A stretch of DNA of 64,000 nt from Balanoglossus misakiensis (Eukaryota > Animalia > Hemichordata): the NCBI GenBank assembly GCA_040954595.2, contig CM082590.2, forward strand, positions 8,493,664 through 8,557,663, given 5' to 3'. A program made the position numbers and the translations under genes. This document shows positions 52,153 through 64,000 of the stretch, piece by piece. Within the stretch, counting starts at the first letter, position 1; each line of letters begins with the position of its first letter. The notes under the pieces are model-generated. The model saw only the letters and a program-made list of their open reading frames with translations, had not been told where the DNA came from and searched no databases.

Positions 52153-53066
52153 TCACTACTCGATTGAAAATAGCTATAGTTTCATTCGATTGTTTGGTCG
52201 CTATATTAGCATTTGAGTTCCCCCTCTGATTGACGTCAGAAATCAAAAGTAACCGAGACTAATTCAGCATCTGACGAAGAAATTGTATCTTGGACAGGCA
52301 ATCCTGTTAATGGCAAGAGCGGGCGAGAAATAATTCCCGGGGAGATAAATCACTTTTCTCGCAGAAACAATCATCTCTCCAGAGCTTCTGGGATTGCTCC
52401 GAGCAAATTGGGTGACCGGGTTCTCGTTTATTCACCCTGCTCATCTATTAAAGATCAGTGTTTCTTCATATCCGGATCTGTCTCTTGCACCGGTGTCACG
52501 TGGCATCTGTTTCCAAGCCGACAGCGAACCATTTCAACTGATTGAATTCAGTGAGAGACCTCAAGGGATACTTTGTACATGTTAGGGGAGAACCATATGA
52601 TTACTTGGGGGTGGAGGATGTTTTTTGTTTGTTTGTTTTGGGGGTAGATGTTCTTCATAAATGTTATCTTTACATGTATCAGGCAATATCATTTAATAGA
52701 CAAAATAAACGAGAACATTTCAGCTAAATTTTTGACGAGCTATAGCTAATGTATCCTCCGACCCACCCCCTAATGTAATGAAAGCTCCCTTGGAAGTTTG
52801 AGATCGGAAATCTGGATTTTCTGGTTCGCGTACCATGTCTTCTTTTATAACAGACTTCTTTCCTTAATCTTGTTTACTGTGACACATATCAAATTATGCT
52901 GCATTCTCACATGTAAGCCACGATTCTTTCCCGATCCAGGGCTCAGAAAAGAAAATAATTATTTGTTGAGTTTCCATCAGTAAAATGACTTTCTGCTCGC
53001 TGGAGCTCCATCAGATAACCCTTCAGAGAATAGAAAATAAAGGGTTTGGACCAAACCATGGTGGAG

Positions 53067-56000
53067 AAATTGGCAAAGTCGGCATTCGTCATTTTATCAT
53101 CATTTCCATGGCCTATAACCCATGAAAAGTGACCACAGATGTCAAAATTTCCGAAATTGGCAAAGTGGGCATTCGTCATTTTATCATCATTTCCATGGCC
53201 TATAACCCATGAAAAGTGACCACAGATGTCAAAATTTCCGAAATTGGCAAAGTGGGCATTCGTCATTTTATCATCATTTCCATGGCCTATAACCCATGAA
53301 AAGTGACCACAGATGTCAAAATTTCCGAAATTGACAAAATGGGCATTCGTCATTTTATCATCATTTCCATGGCCTATAACCCATGAAAAATGACCACAGA
53401 TGTCAAAATTTCCGAAATTGGCAAAGTGGGCATTCGTCATTTTATCATCATTTCCATGGCCTATAACCCATGAAAAGTGACCACAGATGTCAAAATTTCC
53501 GAAATTGGCAAAGTGGGCATTCGTCATTTTATCATCATTTCCATGGCCTATAACCCATGAAAAGTGACCACAGATGTCAAAATTTCCGAAATTGGCAAAG
53601 TGGGCATTCGTCATTTTATCATCATTTCCATGGCCTATAACCCATGAAAAGTGACCACAGATGTCAAAATTTCCGAAATTGGCAAAGTGGGCATTCGTCA
53701 TTAAATCATCATTTCCATGGCCTATAACCCATGAAAAGTGACCACAGATGTCAAAATTTCCGAAATTGGCAAAGTGGGCATTCGTCATTTTATCATCATT
53801 TCCATGGCCTATAACCCATGAAAAGTGACCACAGATGTCAAAATTTCCGAAATTGGCAAAGTGGGCATTCGTCATTTTATCATCATTTCCATGGCCTATA
53901 ACCCATGAAAAGTGACCACAGATGTCAAAATTTCCGAAATTGGCAAAGTGGGCATTCGTCATTTTATCATCATTTCCATGGCCTATAACCCATGAAAAGT
54001 GACCACAGATGTCAAAATTTCCGAAATTGGCAAAGTGGGCATTCGTCATTTTATCATCATTTCCATGGCCTATAACCCATGAAAAGTGACCACAGATGTC
54101 AAAATTTCCGAAATTGGCAAAGTGGGCATTCGTCATTTTATCATCATTTCCATGGCCTATAACCCATGAAAAGTGACCACAGATGTCAAAATTTCCGAAA
54201 TTGGCAAAGTGGGCATTCGTCATTTAATCATCATTTCCATGGCCTATAACCCATGAAAAGTGACCACAGATGTCAAAATTTCCGAAATTGGCAAAGTGGG
54301 CATTCGTCATTTTATCATCATTTCCATGGCCTATAACCCATGAAAAGTGACCACAGATGTCAAAATTTCCGAAATTGGCAAAGTGGGCATTCGTCATTTT
54401 ATCATCATTTCCAGGGCCTATAACCCATGAAAAGTGACCACAGATGTCAAAATTTCCGAAATTGGCAAAGTGGGCATTCGTCATTTTATCATCATTTCCA
54501 GGGCCTATAACCCATGAAAAGTGACCACAGATGTCAAAATTTCCGAAATTGGCAAAGTGGGCATTCGTCATTTTATCATCATTTCCAGGGCCTATAACCC
54601 ATGAAAAGTGACCACAGATGTCAAAATTTCCGAAATTGGCAAAGTGGGCATTCGTCATTTTATCATCATTTCCAGGGCCTATAACCCATGAAAAGTGACC
54701 ACAGATGTCAAAATTTCCGAAATTGGCAAAGTGGGCATTGGTCATTTTATCATCATTTCCATGGCCTATAACCCATGAAAAGTGACCACAGATGTCAAAA
54801 TTTCCGAAATTGGCAAAGTGGGCATTCGTCATTTTATCATCATTTCCATGGCCTATAACCCATGAAAAGTGACCACAGATGTCAAAATTTCCGAAATTGG
54901 CAAAGTGGGCATTCGTCATTTTATCATCATTTCCATGGCCTATAACCCATGAAAAGTGACCACAGATGTCAAAATTTCCGAAATTGGCAAAGTGGGCATT
55001 CGTCATTTTATCATCATTTCCATGGCCTATAACCCATGAAAAGTGACCACAGATGTCAAAATTTCCGAAATTGGCAAAGTGGGCATTCGTCATTTTATCA
55101 TCATTTCCATGGCCTATAACCCATGAAAAGTGACCACAGATGTCAAAATTTCCGAAATTGGCAAAGTGGGCATTCGTCATTTTATCATCATTTCCATGGC
55201 CTATAACCCATGAAAAGTGACCACAGATGTCAAAATTTCCGAAATTGGCAAAGTGGGCATTCGTCATTTTATCATCATTTCCATGGCCTATAACCCATGA
55301 AAAGTGACCACAGATGTCAAAATTTCCGAAATTGGCAAAGTGGGCATTCGTCATTTAATCATCATTTCCATGGCCTATAACCCATGAAAAGTGACCACAG
55401 ATGTCAAAATTTCCGAAATTGGCAAAGTGGGCATTCGTCATTTTATCATCATTTCCATGGCCTATAACCAATGAAAAGTGACCACAGATGTCAAAATTTC
55501 CGAAATTGGCAAAGTGGGCATTCGTCATTTTATCATCATTTCCAGGGCCTATAACCCATGAAAAGTGACCACAGATGTCAAAATTTCCGAAATTGGCAAA
55601 GTGGGCATTCGTCATTTTATCATCATTTCCAGGGCCTATAACCCATGAAAAGTGACCACAGATGTCAAAATTTCCGAAATTGGCAAAGTGGGCATTCGTC
55701 ATTTTATCATCATTTCCAGGGCCTATAACCCATGAAAAGTGACCACAGATGTCAAAATTTCCGAAATTGGCAAAGTGGGCATTCGTCATTTTATCATCAT
55801 TTCCAGGGCCTACAACCCATGAAAAGTGACCACAGATGTCAAAATTTCCGAAATTGGCAAAGTGGGCATTCGTCATTTTATCATCATTTCCAGGGCCTAT
55901 AACCCATGAAAAGTGACCACAGATGTCAAAATTTCCGAAATTGGCAAAGTGGGCATTCGTCATTTTATCATCATTTCCAGGGCCTATAACCCATGAAAAG

Positions 56001-59000
56001 TGACCACAGATGTCAAAATTTCCGAAATTGGCAAAGTGGGCATTCGTCATTTTATCATCATTTCCAGGGCCTATAACCCATGAAAAGTGACCACAGATGT
56101 CAAAATTTCCGAAATTGGCAAAGTGGGCATTGGTCATTTTATCATCATTTCCATGGCCAATAACCCATGAAAAGTGACCACAGATGTCAAAATTTCCGAA
56201 ATTGGCAAAGTGGGCATTCGTCATTTTATCATCATTTCCATGGCCTATAACCCATGAAAAGTGACCACAGATGTCAAAATTTCCGAAATTGGCAAAGTGG
56301 GCATTGGTCATTTTATCATCATTTCCATGGCCTATAACCCATGAAAAGTGACCACAGATGTCAAAATTTCCGAAATTGGCAAAGTGGGCATTCGTCATTT
56401 TATCATCATTTCCATGGCCTATAACCCATGAAAAGTGACCACAGATGTCAAAATTTCCGAAATTGGCAAAGTGGGCATTCGTCATTTTATCATCATTTCC
56501 ATGGCCTATAACCCATGAAAAGTGACCACAGATGTCAAAATTTCCGAAATTGGCAAAGTGGGCATTCGTCATTTTATCATCATTTCCATGGCCTATAACC
56601 CATGAAAAGTGACCACAGATGTCAAAATTTCCGAAATTGGCAAAGTAGGCATTCGTCATTTTATCATCATTTCCATGGCCTATAACCCATGAAAAGTGAC
56701 CACAGATGTCAAAATTTCCGATATTGGCAAAGTGGGCATTCGTCATTTTATCATCATTTCCATGGCCTATAACCCATGAAAAGTGACCACAGATGTCAAA
56801 ATTTCCGAAATTGGCAAAGTGGGCATTCGTCATTTTATCGTCATTTCCATGGCCTATAACCCATGAAAAGTGACCACAGATGTCAAAATTTCCGAAATTG
56901 GCAAAGTGGGCATTCGTCATTTTATCATCATTTCCAGGGCCTATAACCCATGAAAAGTGACCACAGATGTCAAAATTTCCGAAATTGGCAAAGTGGGCAT
57001 TCGTCATTTTATCATCATTTCCAGGGCCTATAACCCATGAAAAGTGACCACAGCTGTCAAAATTTCCGAAATTGGCAAAGTGGGCATTCGTCATTTTATC
57101 ATCATTTCCAGGGCCTATAACCCATGAAAAGTGACCACAGATGTCAAAATTTCCGAAATTGGCAAAGTGGGCATTGGTCATTTTATCATCATTTCCAGGG
57201 CCTATAACCCATGAAAAGTGACCACAGATGTCAAAATTTCCGAAATTGGCAAAGTGGGCATTGGTCATTTTATCATCATTTCCAGGGCCTATAACCCATG
57301 AAAAGTGACCACAGATGTCAAAATTTCCGAAATTGGCAAAGTGGGCATTGGTCATTTTATCATCATTTCCGGGGCCTATAACCCATGAAAAGTGACCACA
57401 GATGTCAAAATTTCCGAAATTGGCAAAGTGGGCATTCGTCATTTTATCATCATTTCCATGGCCTATAACCCATGAAAAGTGACCACAGAAGTCAAAATTT
57501 CCGAAATTGGCAAAGTGGGCATTGGTCATTTTATCATCATTTCCATGGCCTATAACCCATGAAAAGTGACCACAGATGTCAAAATTTCCGAAATTGGCAA
57601 AGTGGGCATTCGTCATTTTATCATCATTTCCATGGCCTATAACCCATGAAAAGTGACCACAGATGTCAAAATTTCCGAAATTGGCAAAGTGGGCATTCGT
57701 CATTTTATCATCATTTCCATGGCCTATAACCCATGAAAAGTGACCACAGATGTCAAAATTTCCGAAATTGGCAAAGTGGGCATTCGTCATTTTATCATCA
57801 TTTCCATGGCCTATAACCCATGAAAAGTGACCACAGATGTCAAAATTTCCGAAATTGGCAAAGTGGGCATTCGTCATTTTATCATCATTTCCATGGCCTA
57901 TAACCCATGAAAAGTGACCACAGATGTCAAAATTTCCGAAATTGGCAAAGTGGGCATTCGTCATTTTATCATCATTTCCATGGCCTATAACCCATGAAAA
58001 GTGACCACAGATGTCAAAATTTCCGAAATTGGCAAAGTGGGCATTCGTCATTTTATCATCATTTCCATGGCCTATAACCCATGAAAAGTGACCACAGATG
58101 TCAAAATTTCCGAAATTGGCAAAGTGGGCATTCGTCATTTTATCATCATTTCCATGGCCTATAACCCATGAAAAGTGACCACAGATGTCAAAATTTCCGA
58201 AATTGGCAAAGTGGGCATTCGTCATTTTATCATCATTTCCATGGCCTATAACCCATGAAAAGTGACCACAGATGTCAAAATTTCCGAAATTGGCAAAGTG
58301 GGCATTCGTCATTTTATCATCATTTCCAGGGCCTATAACCCATGAAAAGTGACCACAGATGTCAAAATTTCCGAAATTGGCAAAGTGGGCATTCGTCATT
58401 TTATCATCATTTCCAGGGCCTATAACCCATGAAAAGTGACCACAGATGTCAAAATTTCCGAAATTGGCAAAGTGGGCATTCGTCATTTTATCATCATTTC
58501 CATGGCCTATAACCCATGAAAAGTGACCACAGATGTCAAAATTTCCGAAATTGGCAAAGTGGGCATTCGTCATTTTATCATCATTTCCATGGCCTATAAC
58601 CCATGAAAAGTGACCACAGATGTCAAAATTTCCGAAATTGGCAAAGTGGGCATTCGTCATTTTATCATCATTTCCATGGCCTATAACCCATGAAAAGTGA
58701 CCACAGATGTCAAAATTTTCGAAATTGGCAAAGTGGGCATTCGTCATTTTATCATCATTTCCATGGCCTATAACCCATGAAAAGTGACCACAGATGTCAA
58801 AATTTCCGAAATTGGCAAAGTGGGCATTCGTCATTTTATCATCATTTCCATGGCCTATAACCCATGAAAAGTGACCACAGATGTCAAAATTTCCGAAATT
58901 GGCAAAGTGGGCATTCGTCATTTTATCATCATTTCCATGGCCTATAACCCATGAAAAGTGACCACAGATGTCAAAATTTCCGAAATTGGCAAAGTGGGCA

Positions 59001-62000
59001 TTCGTCATTTTATCATCATTTCCATGGCCTATAACCCATGAAAAGTGACCACAGATGTCAAAATTTCCGAAATTGGCAAAGTGGGCATTCGTCATTTTAT
59101 CATCATTTCCATGGCCTATAACCCATGAAAAGTGACCACAGATGTCAAAATTTCCGAAATTGGCAAAGTGGGCATTCGTCATTTTATCATCATTTCCATG
59201 GCCTATAACCCATGAAAAGTGACCACAGATGTCAAAATTTCCGAAATTGGCAAAGTGGGCATTCGTCATTTTATCATCATTTCCATGGCCTATAACCCAT
59301 GAAAAGTGACCACAGATGTCAAAATTTCCGAAATTGGCAAAGTGGGCATTCGTCATTTTATCATCATTTCCATGGCCTATAACCCATGAAAAGTGACCAC
59401 AGATGTCAAAATTTCCGAAATTGGCAAAGTGGGCATTCGTCATTTTATCATCATTTCCATGGCCTATAACCCATGAAAAGTGACCACAGATGTCAAAATT
59501 TCCGAAATTGGCAAAGTGGGCATTCGTCATTTTATCATCATTTCCATGGCCTATAACCCATGAAAAGTGACCACAGATGTCAAAATTTCCGAAATTGGCA
59601 AAGTGGGCATTCGTCATTTTATCATCATTTCCATGGCCTATAACCCATGAAAAGTGACCACAGATGTCAAAATTTCCGAAATTGGCAAAGTGGGCATTCG
59701 TCATTTTATCATCATTTCCAGGGCCTATAACCCATGAAAAGTGACCACAGATGTCAAAATTTCCGAAATTGGCAAAGTGGGCATTGGTCATTTTATCATC
59801 ATTTCCAGGGCCTATAACCCATGAAAAGTGACCACAGATGTCAAAATTTCCGAAATTGGCAAAGTGGGCATTCGTCATTTTATCATCATTTCCATGGCCT
59901 ATAACCCATGAGAAGTGACCACAGATGTCAAAATTTCCGAAATTGGCAAAGTGGGCATTCGTCATTTTATCATCATTTCCATGGCCTATAACCCATGAGA
60001 AGTGACCACAGATGTCAAAATTTCCGAAATTGGCAAAGTGGGCATTCGTCATTTTATCATCATTTCCAGGGCCTATAACCCATGAGAAGTGACCACAGAT
60101 GTCAAAATTTCCGAAATTGGCAAAGTGGGCATTCGTCATTTTATCATCATTTCCAGGGCCTATAACCCATGAAAAGTGACCACAGATGTCAAAATTTCCG
60201 AAATTGGCAAAGTGGGCATTCGTCATTTTATCATCATTTCCATGGCCTATAACCCATGAAAAGTGACCACAGATGTCAAAATTTCCGAAATTGGCAAAGT
60301 GGGCATTCGTCATTTTATCATCATTTCCATGGCCTATAACCAATGAAAAGTGACCACAGATGTCAAAATTTCCGAAATTGGCAAAGTGGGCATTCGTCAT
60401 TTTATCATCATTTCCATGGCCTATAACCCATGTAAAGTGACCACAGATGTCAAAATTTCCGAAATTGGCAAAGTGGGCATTCGTCATTTTATCATCATTT
60501 CCATGGCCTATAACCCATGAAAAGTGACCACAGATGTCAAAATTTCCGAAATTGGCAAAGTGGGCATTCGTCATTTTATCATCATTTCCATGGCCTATAA
60601 CCCATGAAAAGTGACCACAGATGTCAAAATTTCCGAAATTGGCAAAGTGGGCATTCGTCATTTTATCATCATTTCCATGGCCTATAACCCATGAAAAGTG
60701 ACCACAGATGTCAAAATTTCCGAAATTGGCAAAGTGGGCATTCGTCATTTTATCATCATTTCCATGGCCTATACCCCATGAAAAGTGACCACGGATGTCA
60801 AAATTTCCGAAATTGGCAAAGTGGGCATTCGTCATTTTATCATCATTTCCATGGCCTATAACCCATGAAAAGTGACCACGGATGTCAAAATTTCCGAAAT
60901 TGGCAAAGTGGGCATTCGTCATTTTATCATCATTTCCATGGCCTATAACCCATGAAAAGTGACCACAGATGTCAAAATTTCCGAAATTGGCAAAGTGGGC
61001 ATTCGTCATTTTATCATCATTTCCATGGCCTATAACCCATGAAAAGTGACCACAGATGTCAAAATTTCCGAAATTGGCAAAGTGGGCATTCGTCATTTTA
61101 TCATCATTTCCATGGCCTATAACCCATGAAAAGTGACCACAGATGTCAAAATTTCCGAAATTGGCAAAGTGGGCATTCGTCATTTTATCATCATTTCCAG
61201 GGCCTATAACCCATGAAAAGTGACCACAGATGTCAAAATTTCCGAAATTGGCAAAGTGGGCATTCGTCATTTTATCATCATTTCCAGGGCCTATAACCCA
61301 TGAAAAGTGACCACAGATGTCAAAATTTCCGAAATTGGCAAAGTGGGCATTCGTCATTTTATCATCATTTCCATGGCCTATAACCCATGAAAAGTGACCA
61401 CAGATGTCAAAATTTCCGAAATTGGCAAAGTGGGCATTCGTCATTTTATCATCATTTCCATGGCCTATAACCCATGAAAAGTGACCACAGATGTCAAAAT
61501 TTCCGAAATTGGCAAAGTGGGCATTCGTCATTTTATCATCATTTCCATGGCCTATAACCCATGAAAAGTGACCACAGATGTCAAAATTTCCGAAATTGGC
61601 AAAGTGGGCATTCGTCATTTTATCATCATTTCCATGGCCTATAACCCATGAAAAGTGACCACAGATGTCAAAATTTCCGAAATTGGCAAAGTGGGCATTC
61701 GTCATTTTATCATCATTTCCATGGCCTATAACCCATGAAAAGTGACCACAGATGTCAAAATTTCCGAAATTGGCAAAGTGGGCATTCGTCATTTTATCAT
61801 CATTTCCATGGCCTATAACCCATGAAAAGTGACCACAGATGTCAAAATTTCCGAAATTGGCAAAGTGGGCATTCGTCATTTTATCATCATTTCCATGGCC
61901 TATAACCCATGAAAAGTGACCACAGATGTCAAAATTTCCGAAATTGGCAAAGTGGGCATTCGTCATTTTATCATCATTTCCAGGGCCTATAACCCATGAA

Positions 62001-64000
62001 AAGTGACCACAGATGTCAAAATTTCCGAAATTGGCAAAGTGGGCATTCGTCATTTTATCATCATTTCCAGGGCCTATAACCCATGAAAAGTGACCACAGA
62101 TGTCAAAATTTCCGAAATTGGCAAAGTGGGCATTCGTCATTTTATCATCATTTCCATGGCCTATAACCCATGAAAAGTGACCACAGATGTCAAAATTTCC
62201 GAAATTGGCAAAGTGGGCATTCGTCATTTTATCATCATTTCCATGGCCTATAACCCATGAAAAGTGACCACAGATGTCAAAATTTCCGAAATTGGCAAAG
62301 TGGGCATTCGTCATTTTATCATCATTTCCATGGCCTATAACCCATGAAAAGTGACCACAGATGTCAAAATTTCCGAAATTGGCAAAGTGGGCATTCGTCA
62401 TTTTATCATCATTTCCATGGCCTATAACCCATGAAAAGTGACCACAGATGTCAAAATTTCCGAAATTGGCAAAGTGGGCATTCGTCATTTTATCATCATT
62501 TCCATGGCCTATAACCCATGAAAAGTGACCACAGATGTCAAAATTTCCGAAATTGGCAAAGTGGGCATTCGTCATTTTATCATCATTTCCATGGCCTATA
62601 ACCCATGAAAAGTGACCACAGATGTCAAAATTTCCGAAATTGGCAAAGTGGGCATTCGTCATTTTATCATCATTTCCATGGCCTATAACCCATGAAAAGT
62701 GACCACAGATGTCAAAATTTCCGAAATTGGCAAAGTGGGCATTCGTCATTTTATCATCATTTCCATGGCCTATAACCCATGAAAAGTGACCACAGATGTC
62801 AAAATTTCCGAAATTGGCAAAGTGGGCATTCGTCATTTTATCATCATTTCCATGGCCTATAACCCATGAAAAGTGACCACAGATGTCAAAATTTCCGAAA
62901 TTGGCAAAGTGGGCATTCGTCATTTTATCATCATTTCCATGGCTATAACCCATGAAAAGTGACCACAGATGTCAAAATTTCCGAAATTGGCAAAGTGGGC
63001 ATTCGTCATTTTATCATCATTTCCATGGCCTATAACCCATGAAAAGTGACCACAGATGTCAAAATTTCCGAAATTGGCAAAGTGGGCGATTCGTCATTTT
63101 ATCATCATTTCCATGGCCTATAACCCATGAAAAGGTGACCACAGATGTCAAAATTTCCGAAATTGGCAAAGTGGGCATTCGTCATTTTATCATCATTTCC
63201 ATGGCCTATAACCCATGAAAAGTGACCACAGATGTCAAAATTTCCGAAATTGGCAAAGTGGGCATTCGTCATTTTATCATCATTTCCATGGCCTATAACC
63301 CATGAAAAGTGACCACAGATGTCAAAATTTCCGAAATTGGCAAAGTGGGCATTCGTCATTTTATCATCATTTCCATGGCCTATAACCCATGAAAAGTGAC
63401 CACAGATGTCAAAATTTCCGAAATTGGCAAAGTGGGCATTCGTCATTTTATCATCATTTCCATGGCCTATAACCCATGAAAAGTGACCACAGATGTCAAA
63501 ATTTCCGAAATTGGCAAAGTGGGCATCGTCATTTTATCATCATTTCCATGGCCTATAACCCATGAAAAGTGACCACAGATGTCAAAATTTCCGAAATTGG
63601 CAAAGTGGGCATTCGTCATTTTATCATCATTTCCATGGCCTATAACCCATGAAAAGTGACCACAGATGTCAAATTTCCGAAATTGGCAAAGTGGGCATTC
63701 TTCATTTTATCATCATTTCCATATAACCCATGAAAATGTGACCACAGATGTCAAAATTTCCGAAATTGGCAAAGTGGGCATTCGTCATTTTATCATCATT
63801 TCCATGGCCTATAACCCATGAAAAGTGACCACAGATGTCAAATTTCCGAAATTGGCAAAGTGGGCATTCTTCATTTTATCATCATTTCCATGGCCTATAA
63901 CCCATGAAAAGTGACCACAGATGTCAAAATTTCCGAAATTGCAAAGTGGGCATTCGTCATTTTATCATCATTTCCATGGCCTATAACCATGAAAAGTCGA
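53067..64000. repeat. 87-bp satellite array, about 125 near-identical units, extends beyond the window
   Basis: Unit aaattggcaaagtgggcattcgtcattttatcatcatttccatggcctataacccatgaaaagtgaccacagatgtcaaaatttccg. Confidence 0.97.

Noticed and set aside
52943-63446. Giant minus-strand ORFs (426, 376, 2532 and 113 aa) of MTNAHFANFGNFDICGHFSWVIGHGNDDK repeats
   Set aside because: By-product of an 87-bp (3x29) unit that lacks a stop in one frame. Variants include nonsense and many missense changes with no evident synonymous bias, and there is no unique N- or C-terminal domain.
53067-64000. CRISPR-like array
   Set aside because: No unique spacers, no cas genes, eukaryotic context.

Overview
AT-rich, intron-containing eukaryotic DNA. 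The domain content suggests a marine invertebrate, probably a deuterostome (inference). From 5' to 3' the window holds: (1) the first coding exon of a clan-2 cytochrome P450 on the minus strand; (2) three head-to-tail ~10-11 kb segmental copies, each encoding a ~2,200-aa NLR-like protein with a death-effector-domain-like N-terminus, a NACHT ATPase, and six or more ~150-165-aa repeats instead of canonical LRRs. The paralogs are mosaics of each other, copy 2 has a divergent N-terminal module, and copy 3 has a remodelled linker; (3) three spliced C2H2 zinc-finger genes sharing a ~55-aa accessory domain split by a conserved phase-1 intron, which resembles an RPA32C-type winged helix and occurs twice in one gene; (4) several non-autonomous DNA transposons with visible TIRs/TSDs, including a perfect 450-bp palindrome; (5) an 87-bp satellite array of about 125 units running off the window end. 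All gene models were assembled by hand from GT/AG sites and reading-frame arithmetic, with no transcript or database evidence.
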